Both the position numbers and the translations under genes were made by a program. From the NCBI RefSeq assembly GCF_009914755.1, contig NC_060947.1: a stretch of DNA of 64,000 bases; one strand, 5' to 3'. Of this stretch, positions 38,375 to 61,551 are shown piece after piece. Source of the DNA: the human T2T-CHM13v2.0 reference genome, Homo sapiens. Position 1 is the stretch's first letter. Each line of letters starts with the position of its first letter. Under the pieces are notes generated by a model that did not search any database, was not told the DNA's origin, and saw nothing but the letters and a program-made list of their open reading frames with translations.

Positions 38375-40810
38375 CTAACATGTTAATAGAGGAAATTGAG
38401 TATGGAGTATGTGGGAACTCTCTATACTATCTTCCCATTTTCTCCATAAATCTAAAACAGTTCTAAGAAAATAAAGTTTGTCTAGAGAAAATACCAGCTT
38501 AAAAAAGAGGTAGACAGACTTGAAAAGAGACTACAGAGACACACTAATAATGTAATTTGTGAACCTTGGTGGGGACAGCTATAAAAGCTATTTAGGGGAT
38601 ACATGGGGAAATATGAATATGAAACTTTGGGTGGTTGATCCATTTTTTTACCTGTGATAATGGAATTGTGGTTAAATGGGAGAATCTCCTCCCTCTTGCA
38701 GGAAAGGCATGCTGACATATTAAGTGATGTCCTGAAGTGTGATGATGAAGTTTGCAACTTAGCTCGAATGAATCAGGAGGGGAGGAAAAGCACATCTGGA
38801 GAGAGCAAAAGCAACAGTGGTAAAATGTTAAAAATGGTGAACCTAAATGAAAAGTATACTGGTGTCCATCCTATTTTCTTTCACATTTTCTGTAGATTTG
38901 AAATTTTTCAAAATTAAATTTCAGGGAAAATATAATTTTAGATTTGGACAAAATGATATGAAAGCTTATCTGAAAAAAATAAACATGCAGTAACTAGAAA
39001 AAATTCCTAAAAATGAGGTATGGACTAGCAATACCCAAGACAAAAATATATAACAATTTAAAATAATTAAAAGACTCGTATTTTTTGCAACAGACTACAG
39101 AACCCAGAAGCATATCTAACCAGACATATGGAAATTTGATGTATGAATGAGGATGATGGTTTTTCCAATCAGTGTTGAAAAAGTTAATAAATGGGGTTAG
39201 AATAGATTGCTATTGGAGAGAAAAATGTTGAATCCTCTCCTCACTCTTACTACCTAGACAAATTCCAAATGAATCAAAGATTTAAAAGTTGAAAAAAAAA
39301 CCTTTAAAATACTGGAAAAATACATTAAATTTATTCTTAAATGCAAAGGTGGCCTTTCTAAGCAAGGCAAAATCTCAGAAGCTGTAAAGACTAAGTTTAA
39401 CTACATAAATAAAACTTAGGAAAATATTATTAAACATGACAATGGACCAATTTTCTTAGCTTACAAAAAGCTCATACAAATCAATAAAACACATACCACC
39501 TAATAGAAAACAGAACATGACTACACATTTCACAGGAAATATCAGTAATCAATAAACATGAAAATGTGTTCCATCTCCTTCATTAAAATGTACCAGACCT
39601 TCATTAAAATGCATTAGAACTTCATTAAAACGCAAGATACCATTTATTCACTTTCACATGATCAGACTTCAAAAGTTTAGTACCCAGTATTGGCATGGGT
39701 TTGGTAAATAATCATTCTCATACATTATATGTGGAAGCATACTGGGCAAAGATTTCTAGAGGACAATTTGGCAGTAACTACTGAACTGAAAATAAAAAAT
39801 ACCCTCTGATCCAGCAATTGTATTGCTAGGTACACTGTAGAATAAAAACTCATTATATGTACAAGTATATTCACCACAATGTGATTTAATATTGGAAACA
39901 ACCTAAAGAGCCTATCAGTGTTTGAACATTTGTAACACATTCAAACATTAGAATACCACACAGCCGCTAAAAATAATGAGGTATTTTTATATATACTGAT
40001 ACAGAAAGATCTCATAAAACACAGGTAGCAAAAAAAAGCAAGGTACAGAAGAGTATATATAGTCTGATTCTATTAATGTGAAATTTTTAAAGTACAAATT
40101 TGCTGATAAAAAATAAAAAATTGTTTTCCTGTGAGTACAAGACACTTGAAACTGGTTACTTTTGGAGAGGAGTATTAGGGTAGGAGGGAAGGGACCAAGT
40201 TTTTATACCTTTCTGTACCATCTGATCTTTTCGCCATGTGCATACATCATCTTTCTTGCCCCCACTCCCCTTTCTAAGAACACTTAATTAACAGGTTATT
40301 TTGAGATATTCCTAGGTAGGTTTGAATACCGGTGGTGTTATTTTTCAAAATACTGTAGATAAGTGCCAAGTTTTGCAATTTAGAACTTCCCCTTGGATTT
40401 TCATTAAACTTTATATTTGCTTCCTTGATGCTTTAATCATAACGATTTCCTATTAAGTATAAAGTGACACTTTCAATGGGAGTTTGGCTTTATAACAAAT
40501 TTGTGATGGAATCATTAGACACTGCTGCTCAAGAACCCATTTTTACACCCCAAAGGGCATTTGATGATTTATAAACATCATCAAGATTATACATTCTATT
40601 TTGACTATTAAAAACATAAAACTGCAGTAAGATTTTACATGTACAATTAAATTATCCATTGAATTCAGTAAAACAGCATCACAGTAGAAAAATACAGTCA
40701 TAAAATTAGCTCTTACATTTTTCTGGGGACAGAAAAGCAGAAGAAATGAGATTAAAAGTCCAAAAAAAAAAAGCCCAAAAAACACTACCAAAAACAGGGT
40801 GAGACAATCA

Positions 40811-40820
40811 TTTATTTATT
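40811..40820 (-). terminator. Polyadenylation signal (AATAAATAAA)
   Basis: tttatttatt on plus; downstream minus-strand TGTTTTTGGTAGTGTTTTTTGG. Confidence 0.7.
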
Positions 40821-41739
40821 GGACAGGGCAAGGTCATTTAAAGATTGGAAACATATCCCAAAAACACGTGTTTAGTTTGGTGTTACAGGCATTGATGCTC
40901 ACAACAAACAACATTATTCAATACATCATGTAAACAGGCCACATACAACCAGGAAGATGCTGTCAAGCCACTGAGAAGCCACAATGCTTAGAAAACAATC
41001 ATTAGGGAGTTACAGAGAATAATCACCTCCAACTCATTGATATGCATATTCTGCGGCTGCACAGTATTTGGCTGGTTCCCTGGTTATTAAGTGAGTCGTT
41101 CCGTATTTTAAAGAGCCTTGATTGGTACACACTTCTGAATATCACTGAAATCAGTCAAGCAAAGGCTTAACTAGCTCACATCATATTTTTGAACTACCCT
41201 AGGCAATAATTGACTGTCTCACAGTACTGTAGATAAAATTCTGTACTTAGCATATTTAGCAGTGTTACAACGCATCCAAATCACCTTTAAGTCCTATGGT
41301 ACATACTTGAAAAAGACAGCAGAAACTCACTGGAGTAAATGAAAAAAGAAATTTGGGGAGCTCACCTGGCCTGAGGTATACAAGCTGCTAGCAAAGATAG
41401 ACACACGTGAAAACCACTTTGTCAATTATTTGCCAAGTCATTTGGCCTGATTTTTGGCCTGATTTTTAGCCTGATTTTTAGCAGGACTCTTCCCGACTGA
41501 GGAGGCAAAGATTTCAACATCCATTCTAGAGACTAGCCACAGTATTATAAGTAGTAATATATCATAAATGCTTGGTTATGAGGAAAAACTACTCAGCATA
41601 AGATTCACGGAGAAAAACCTGTTAGGTATCTGGCCCTCTTGCCTGAAATCTATTGATTTTACCAACCACTCCCTTTCACAGCAATAAGAGTTCTCAAGAT
41701 GAGAAGAATTTTCTCACTCCATATAGAAAATCATATTTG

Positions 41740-42035
41740 GGAAGCCAGTCCCAAAAGACCGAATATTGTAGAATTCCATTTATATGAAATGACCAGAATA
41801 AGCAAATCTACAGAGAGAGAAATAGATTAGTGGTTGCCAGGGGCTCGGGGATGGGGTGGGCACTGGGAGAAAATGAGAGGTGACTGCTCAAGGGTACAGG
41901 GTTTCTTTTTGGGGTAACGAAATGTTCTAAAATTGACTGTGGTCACGGTTACACAACTTTGTGAATACACTAAAAACCACTAAATTGTACCCTTAAAATA
42001 AGTGAATTGTAAGGTATGTGAATTATATCTCAATA
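41740..42035 (+). mobile_element. L1MB 3' fragment inside MMGT1 3' UTR (antisense)
   Basis: ttccatttatatgaaat...gattagtggttgccagggg...gtatgtgaattatatctcaataa. Confidence 0.85.
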
Positions 42036-43746
42036 ATGTTACAAACATATTAAGAAACGAAGACATACCCCAAAGAGAAGGAAACAAGAGGCTCTTCCAA
42101 ACCAAATCGTACCAGAAGAAAACAGTAGCCAAGTCTGATGGAAGGAGCTTGTTTCTTGCATGCTATTTTATCATCATCACTTTAACCCGATTTCACATTT
42201 TTAATTCATTTCTAAATTATTTTAGGTTATCGGCAGATTTCTAACTTTGTTCTCATTAGAGAGCAGAGTCAGTGTTCCGCAGACAGACTGGGCTGGCGTA
42301 ACAAACCAAAACTAAACAACAATAAAAACCCAATGAAAAATAATCTCATGCTTTGGGGCTATGTGTTACCAGTCAGAAGAGAAGAGCTGATGTCCATTTC
42401 TAAAGGAAAATAAAATGCCTACAAGTACAATGGCATCTTATGACTCATGCCTAAAGCACATTTCCTTTTCAAACCTGCATACAGTTATTCCCTTTTTACA
42501 CCTATACAATTCAACAAAAGCAATGTTTTTATACCTGTACAATCCAAAAAAAGCAACGTTCTCTACAAAGAAATGTTGAGCTTCCTACAGCTCTCTAGCT
42601 CAAAGAGCTAGCCAATTTCCTTAAAAGTAAAATTACTGTTTCTAAAAATATCAACTCTGTATCCTCATCCTCACTTTCAGCAACATACAGTGAAGATGGA
42701 AAACTTGAAGACTGCTATAAACCAGAAACTACAAAACAATTTCTTAAATGACCTGATTTTCCTAAAAACCTTAAAAACATTAGTTCCAAATACTGAGAAT
42801 ATATTTGGCCCAATTCCTTTGAACTCTGTCTTTAGATTAATGACGAGTTTCCTTTATTTCACTTATTCACTAGTTTAGTATGAAATAAACAGAGTTTGAA
42901 TCAGTTAAACTGGCTAATGACAATTTTCCTCAATGATTTTTCTTCTGCATAGGCATGATAATGAAATCACAAAAGGTCTTCAACTAGTCTTCAACTATTC
43001 TTACACTATATAATCAATTAGGGAAATTTTTACAGACAAATGAAGAGAACACAAGTAGCTTTACAGTAAGTTGAGCCTGTTACATATATTTGTTCTGACA
43101 AAGAATTTCTGACACAAAAATTGCTCACTGCACACAGAATCTCAGAGAAATGATGAAACAAGACAGCTGATGGTAGAAGGTATATGGGAGCAGGGTAGGG
43201 TGAAAAGTCACAAATAAATTAAAAACTGGCAAGTACTTCTGAAGCAGAGCCACTTTTTAGGGGACACAAGAAAAACTGTTAAATCACCATTTTGGTCTCA
43301 TCAGGGAAGTCCATTTGTTAAGAATTGAAGACCATTTTACTATAATTCATGCTGCAAAACACAGCAGTCACACAGTATTTCTAAAAGGATTCCAAAAATT
43401 GTAGTGCAAAAGAAAAGAAATCTAAAAAAATAAATAATCACAAAAACCACCAACATTTTTCAAGGAAATGTGTTCAAAACAGTGGCTTTTACAAAAGATG
43501 TGGATTTGTTTTAAATGAAAAAAAAAATAATTCCTATATGAAATACCAAAGACTCATTTCACATATAACTTACACTGCATTAATGATTGGATTAACAGTA
43601 TATAAACAAGGGCCATGGTTTTTTTTACTAAAGTAGGTCTGAAAGATCAATATAAATACTAATGGGGGCAGGGAGGAGTGTTTTATACCCCAAACTCCAA
43701 TATTCCAGCTCTGTGTCCTGTCCTATTATTATAATTTGTAAAAATC

Positions 43747-52651
<8,905 letters not shown>

Positions 52652-52950
52652 CTAGGAGGGCCGGAGCCCAACGGAGTCATAAACGAAGAGGCGAAAGCGG
52701 GAGCTACGGGGAAGCGAAGAGGAAGGGCGCCGGCAAATGGGGGCAGGGCCAGTGGCGAGAACAGGGTGGGGCAGAGGGACGGGGGCCTGCGTAGAGAACG
52801 TGTGGGGGCGAGGGGCGGGGTAGGCAGACGGGCGGGGTGGGGAAGACGCGCGGGGCCCGCACGAGGGTGGGTGTAGCCGAGGGGCGGGGCCAGTGGGTGG
52901 GTGGGTGGGCGTAGCCGGGGGGGGGGGGCCCTGGTGGGTGCGGTCGAGTG

Positions 52951-53240
52951 GCGGGGCCTGCGGGGAGGATGGGTGGGGCCGAGGGGCGGGGAGGAGGTGG
53001 GGCCGAGGGGCGGGGAGGAGGTGGGGCCGAGGGCGGGGCCTACGGGAGGATGGGTGGGGCGTAGGGGGCGGGGCGGAGGGGACGGAGAGTGGGTGAGGGC
53101 CGAGGGGGCGGGGAGGAGGTGGGACCGAGGGGCGGGGAGGAGGTGGGACCGAGGGGGCGCGGAGGAGTGGGACCGAGGGGGCGGGGAGGAGGTGGGGCCG
53201 AGGGGCGGGAGGAGGTGGGGCCGAGGGGCGGGGCTGGGGG
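52951..53240 (+). repeat. G-rich ~24-bp minisatellite (GGG(G/A)CCGAGGGGCGGGGAGGAGGT)
   Basis: About nine ccgagg-anchored units visible. Confidence 0.9.
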
Positions 53241-53699
53241 CGTTGGGGAAAGGCGGTAGGTGCTGGATATAGACCCCTGACAGTTGTGTTTTGTGGGTTG
53301 GTTGGTTTTGGCTTTTTGTGAAACTGTGCCTTTTGTTTTCTGTAGGCCTTTCCTGTGCTTCAGCTCCCTGGAAACTGGCACTGCAGAAGGAGGCAAGGGT
53401 GTTAAAACGAGGAGGCAGTGTCAGGACAAAATCCCAGGATCTGGAACCCCAAATACTTGGCTCGCGGGAAGTGCTCAGTAAACCATTTTAAGGTCCTGGA
53501 GAAAGATTCGCGCAAAAAGAGGTGTAGCGCGGGGGGAGTGTTTTGTCGTGAAAAGAACCAGCTTACATTAAGGAAGAAATGAAAGAGGAAATTTTAAAAT
53601 GCTAATAACGCAGCCTTCTTGCCTTGTCTCTATCTCTGATCCGGGTAAAATGTATACTCCTCTGCCCATTTTTCTTTGTCTTCATCTCCTGAAATGTAG

Positions 53700-54345
53700 A
53701 CATTTAATAGTGAGCTTCTCCCCTTGACCTCATCACTCTGCTGTCCCCTGGGGAGCTCACCCATTCATTCCCACCGCTTCAGCCAGCAAAGGTATTACAG
53801 TGATTCCAAATCGACATCTCTATCACAAATATCTCTCCTTAGCTCCAGGGCTGCATTTCTGACTACCAGATAGGCATTTATTTCCTGTGGCACTTAAAAC
53901 GTAATATGGCTAAAATGGAATTCATCCTTTTTTTCCAAATTCTGCACCAGTTCCTCCAGTGACCCCTGACTGAGTGGCAAAGCTTTGTAAACTGCATATC
54001 ACAAGGTAAATGCAAAGTATGATCACCATTCTTTTCCTTTAACCCAATCAGAATTCTACGTTTTAGTTGCATCAATTTGCTTTTGCTCAAAGATGCGTCC
54101 TATCCTGACCACCCCTTTTAAATGTGCAAAATTCCTATTCCTGATCCCCTTATTCTGTTCTACTTTTTATATCACCTTCTAACATACTATATAATTTAAC
54201 TATTTATGTTTGTTGTGTTACTGTTTACTGTCTGTCTTTCCCCACTGGAATGTAAGCTCTGAGAGAACAGAGATTTCTCTGTACCTAAAACTTTGACTGT
54301 CATGTGATAAGCATTCAGTAAGTGCTTGTTGAATGACAAATGAAT
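53700..54345 (+). mobile_element. L2 fragments
   Basis: ccactggaatgtaagctc...cattcagtaagtgcttgttgaatgacaaatgaat is an L2 3' end. Confidence 0.7.
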
Positions 54346-54536
54346 TCCGGAAAATAATTGGGACAGTATCCCTATTTGAAAGGATCTCTACAGAGAGTCC
54401 TTCCAATCTTTTGAATTGGGCTCAAAAATCCCCATGGACTTGCATGTACTCTCACATTTTGACAACCTTTTGATTGTAAACATTTTCTGATATGCTTGAG
54501 CTTCCTCAAAGCTGGAAAAACAAATAAGACATCTCA

Positions 54537-54710
54537 TTAGCTGGGCATAGTAGCACATGCTTGTAGTCCTAGCTACTTGGGAAGCTAAAGAAGGAGGATT
54601 GCTTGATCCCAGGAGTTCAAGGCTACAGTGAGCCATGATTATGCCACTGCACTACAGGCTGAGTGACAGAGCGAGACCCTTTCTCTAACCAAAAAAAAAA
54701 AAAAAAAAAA
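54537..54710 (+). mobile_element. Alu right monomer (FRAM/AluJ)
   Basis: Right arm plus poly(A); aagacatct TSD. Confidence 0.85.
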
Positions 54711-55106
54711 GTAGAAGAAGACATCTAAAATTAATCATATTTCCTCAACTTTACTTATATAATTTTTGTCCTGGATCTCATTTTCCAAACCTTTAGTCAT
54801 GTTCATTATTCTTTTCTGGGCCCTTTCCAATTTCTTCACCTCTAAGCCAGAATTTTACACAATACTTGATGGATGTCAAGTGCAGTATAATGCATTCCTT
54901 ACAAATGTAGTTCTATTTATACAATCAGGAAGAACCAGGAGATAATCTCTCTGTAGTTGACAGGAAAGTGCTTCCTTCTCCGCCCCTGGGAGGTAATAAG
55001 GTAGAAAAGATAGTTGACCAAAAAAATCTTACAACTTTGTTTTGTCTAAAATAATGGTCAGATTGAAATTAGCCTTTTCAGATCCCCTGTAAAATTACCC
55101 CTTCTT

Positions 55107-55375
<269 letters not shown>

Positions 55376-56599
55376 TTAGGAGTTTTCTTATAGGACCTGA
55401 GATCTGGTTCTTTTCCTTTAAAAAGATGAAGTTATAGGAAAAAAGAAATTCAATAATGAATCTGGTATTTGTATAAACCACCAATGCATTATCCTAGTCT
55501 TCAGGGAGATCACCCATGTCCAGATATTGAGTTTTGTTTTCTCTATTGCCCTCTTAAGATGCATTTCTCACTCTTTTTTTACCTCTTTACCCATATACTG
55601 AATGCAAGAGAAACTAGCCTCGTTTCACATTTTCTAGTAATACATGGTTAAATTATGTTCAGGGAGTGAGATTTTAATTGTCTTTTCTGTAGATTCCAAC
55701 CTGAAGGGAAGCCAAGGTATTCATAGTCACAGTTACCAAGGACTGTATCATTCAAATAAGTACCTTGGGTTCACTCATACATGGTTCTTTAAGTTGCAGT
55801 TAATCCCAAAGGTGCAAGGTACAGCTAGTGGTAGCACTGTTTTCATGAGCTCTTAGAACAAAAGTCAAACCTCATGAGAAAGTGCATTTAAATTCCTAAG
55901 TGACCCCAGAAGTGCTGTTTGTTTTTCCAAAGAAAGAGCCATTTTCCATATGCACCTTGGATAAATGATGTGGATGTTATTAAAGATGGGGATAATGGTC
56001 TCTAAAGCGTTTCCTACTGAGATGTTATTTGTGAAGACTTATCACGTTTCCCAGGCTAGTTCACTGAATAGAGAAAGCACTGCTATCCCAGACTCATCTT
56101 CAAGCTAATTGACTTATTACATGCCACCCAGCTCCACGAGTATCTTCACACACTGCTTATCCACGTCTCCATTTTCCATGCAGATTCTCCCTCGATCTGG
56201 CACACTGTTCTTTCCCACCTGGTTCAAAATTCCACTTTCCTTAGGAATATGCTCCTGACTATTATAGATATTTATGAGATATATACCTATTGTAGGCACA
56301 AAACCTTTCTTTGAGCTATTTATATTTCGTACAACCTCTCTGGGTAACACATTCTAGAAGTTTACTACCTGCCGAGTAAACTAGTACTTTCAATATTGAA
56401 ATCGCATCCTGTTTACTTTTTTTTTTTCATTACCAAAGTGGTATGAGCTCATTGTAAGAAATTCAAACAATAAAAAAAAGTATTTGTCTTGAAGCATTAA
56501 GTGGTACCTTGGTATTTTAAGTTTTGAATCTGAGTAAGCAGTACTGTGGTTACATGATTCATATCTTTAAGATTTGTTTACTTGCTGGATGATCTACAC

Positions 56600-56840
56600 T
56601 ACAGTGGTTAAAAGCATATGCTCTGGAATAGTTTTGGGTTTGAATCCTTGCTTTTCCTTTTCTACCTCTGAGAGATTGGAGAAGTTACTTAACTTCACTG
56701 CGCCTCAGTTTTCTCATCTGTGAAATGAGGATAATAATAGTGTTTACCTGCCTAGGTTGTTATCAGCATTGAGTGAGATCATACATATAAAGTGATTAGA
56801 ATAGTCTTACACATAGTAAACACTAAGTAAATGTCAGCCA
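56600..56840. mobile_element. MIR
   Basis: aagttacttaacttcactgcgcctcagttttctcatctgtgaaatgaggataataatag. Confidence 0.85.
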
Positions 56841-57078
56841 TTGTTGTTGTTGCTATTGACCCTTCTAGCTATTTTTGTAAGCTAAAGAGGTTCCTTACCT
56901 TTTTAGTCTTTCCTAAAACATCAATTGCTTCTCTCTTTTGACTATTTTAATTGCTCTTCTCTGGACCATTTCCAGATCTACTAATATCTCTCTTAGGGTT
57001 TCATTACCACATGTGCACAAAGTATCCTAGGTTACTTGTGTGAGGTTAATATGATTATTCATTTCAAATAGCCTTCCT

Positions 57079-57377
<299 letters not shown>

Positions 57378-57455
57378 TCAAATAGCCTTCCTAATGACAC
57401 TGCAAATCTTATTTGCTTTTTGAGCACATTGGGTTGGTCTGTTCAGAAAATAAAG

Positions 57456-57911
57456 TGAAACTGATCCAATATTCCCATAGACTGTTCTTTTTGATAAATG
57501 TAGAAATTGACCCTTCTAGTCTTAAAGCTTGAAACTTACATTTGTTTGATCTGAGTTCCTTCCTCAGGAAAGGACCTTCAGGCCTCTCAAAAAAAAGCAT
57601 CAAAGAACTGAAATTCACCAGACCACCACACCAGATACCACCACACTAGATTCCAGACCCCTCATTCGTCATGATTGCTTCCTTGCCCCTCCCTACTTCT
57701 TGTTTTCTTATACATTATTGCATTTCTTCCCTGCTTTGTAAACCCCTAGTTTTAGTCGGTCAGGGAGATGGATTTGAGACTGAGCTACCATCTTCTCGGC
57801 TGCAGCACCCAATTAAAGCTTTCTTCCTTGGCAGTACTTATTGTCTCAGTGATTGGTTTTCTGTGCAGTGAGCAGCAGGGCCTAGACGGGACCCCTGGTA
57901 TTTCAGTAACA
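57456..57911 (+). mobile_element. Solo ERV LTR (LTR47-like)
   Basis: TGAAACTGATCCAAT...ATTAAA...GTAACA (TG...CA), ~455 bp. Family name from recollection. Confidence 0.7.
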
Positions 57912-58448
57912 AAACTGAAAACCTCAGCATCCTTATCCTGGGTACTAGCTGTGACCTATTCTTTGTTCCACATGAATATAGGCATTTTCTATACTGCTGC
58001 CTTAAGTCCAAGTCTCTTTATACCTTCTCTTCTTTGGCGCTCCCACAGCGTCAATATTATGCATATAGCTCAAAAATCCATCACTGGTCCAGTCTTTACT
58101 CCTGAACTGCAGAGCCAAGTTCCTAAGTGCCTATGTTGACATCCGTTCTTGGATATCCTACCAGTCCCTTAAATCCAACCTGTCCATAGTTGAGCTCTAC
58201 TTTCTGACTCCCACATTAATGCTACTGACAGCCCTCTGTTTTTCAGTTATCCAGGTTCAAACCTTTGGAGTCATCTCTCAGTTCTTCTTCCTCAGGCACT
58301 CCCACTCACCCACCCAATCAATTCCAAGACAGGTTAATCCTACCTCTGCATTGGCTCTTTGCATCTAACTTTCCATATGCATTCCTACTGCACCTGCTAA
58401 GTTAAGGCCTCACTACTCTTCAGCAAGATGACCTTTATAACCTCCTAA

Positions 58449-58845
<397 letters not shown>

Positions 58846-58888
58846 TGAGTTAAAATTTTCTGTGGCATAGAGGACTTCCACAATATGA

Positions 58889-59182
<294 letters not shown>

Positions 59183-59267
59183 TGAATTGAATCTCTCTAC
59201 CTGGAGAAATTTAATGTTATCTGCAGATATGAAGATTTCTTTGACACTTCATTAAATTTAAGAGATA

Positions 59268-59566
<299 letters not shown>

Positions 59567-59792
59567 TAAGAGACATTTATTGATGCACAGATATGTTTTA
59601 TTAAGTTCCTGTTTTGGTTAGGCCTTATGCTAGATGCTGTCAGTAAGGAAATAAATGCCTAGTTCCTGCCTTCAAGATGCTCATGACCTGTTGAATGACA
59701 AACTTGTCAATCAAACATGACAGTACATCATGGGAGCTACTAGGATAGAGATCTTCCCAGGGGGCCATAGAGCCCTTTCTGAAGAGGGGCCC

Positions 59793-60180
59793 TGTATTAG
59801 TCTGTTCTCACACTGCTATAACGAACTACCTGAAGACTGGGTAATTTATGAAGAAAAGAGGTTTAATTGACTCACAGTTCTGCAGGCTGTACAGGAAGCA
59901 TGACTTGGGGAGGAGGATCTCAGGAAACTTGCGATCATGGTGGAAGGCAAAGAGGAAGCAAGGAGTGTCTTCTTATGGCAGCAGGAAACAAAAAGCGAGG
60001 GGGAAACGCCACACACTTTTAAACCCTCAGATATCCTGAGAACGCACTCACTATCACAAGAACAGCATGGGGGAAACTGTCCCCATGATCCAATCACCTC
60101 CCACCAGGTCCCTCCCCCAACAGGTGGGGATGACAATTTGACATGAGATTTGGATGGGGAGACAGAGCCAAACCATATCA
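59793..60180 (-). mobile_element. MSTA/THE1-type MaLR solo LTR
   Basis: tgtattagtctgttctcacactgctata...agccaaaccatatca; 5-bp TSD ggccc/ggctc. Confidence 0.9.
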
Positions 60181-60562
60181 GGCTCCTAACTCAGCCTGAG
60201 GGCATCCTGGAAAATTTGGTGATCTTTAATCTGAGTTTCGTCAGACAAGTAGAAGTTAGTTAGGTGAGGAAAAAGTTGAGGACTATCCAAGTAGAAGGAA
60301 CACATGGAAAGGCACATAGACGGCAGGAAACCACATGAAGCATTCAAGGAACTAGAAGTTCAGAATGGCTGAAGCAAAATATATTTGGGAAATAAGCACA
60401 GGATATAAGGGTGAAGAGACAGTCTGGAGGCAGGGTGTGTGGAGCATTGGGTGCCAGGCTAAGGAGCCAGAGCCAAAAGCAAGGCAGGGGGCATTAGAGG
60501 ATTTGTGTTCCAGAAACACCCCCTTATGAAAGTGTAGAGGAATGATTGGCAGAGACTAAAGA

Positions 60563-60890
60563 AGAGGTCAGCATATCTTTCTGGCAAAGGGCCAGATAGT
60601 ATATATGTAAATTGCAATCCACAGTCTCTTTTGCAACTGCTCAACTCTGCCCTTGTAGTGCTAAAGCAGCCATAGACAATAAGTAAAGGAATGGACATGG
60701 CCATGTCCAATAAACCATTATTGATGGACACAGAAATTTGAATTTCATATCACTTTCACATGTCACAAAATATTCTTTAATTCTTTTTTTCTCAGCCCTT
60801 AAAACGTGAAAAACATTCTTAGTTTCAAGACATACAAAAACAGATAGCAGGCTGGATTTGGCCCTCAGACTGTAGTCTGATTTTTGATAA
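60563..60890. mobile_element. MER58B-type hAT-Charlie element
   Basis: aaagggccagatagta...ctcaactctgcc...aagcagccatagacaata...ggctggatttggccc. Confidence 0.8.
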
Positions 60891-61083
60891 TCCCTGGACT
60901 ATCCCTGCACTCCCTGGATGGGAGTGCAGAGAATGCAGACAATTCCTTTGAGAAGCTTATCTATGAAGAGGAAAGGAGAGATAGTACAGTAGCTGGAGGG
61001 GTGTGGATGAAAAGGTGTTTCTCAGAGGAGACCTGAAAATGTTCATGGAGAGCAGAAAGAGATGATAGAGAAGGAGCCACTGA

Positions 61084-61551
<468 letters not shown>

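Larger units (their letters stand above)
40795..43746 (-). other. MMGT1: MMGT1 3' UTR (approximate distal end)
   Basis: Largely unique sequence downstream of the TAA. Overlapping AATAAA signals at 40811-40820 on the minus strand are followed by a GT/T-rich downstream element. Confidence 0.7.

Noticed and set aside
52951-53240. Repeat array as a CRISPR-like structure
   Set aside because: Head-to-tail units without unique spacers in a primate genome; an ordinary minisatellite.
52893-53396. Gly/Arg-rich and Pro-rich ORFs in the promoter
   Set aside because: Artefacts of the G-rich minisatellite, which lacks stop codons.
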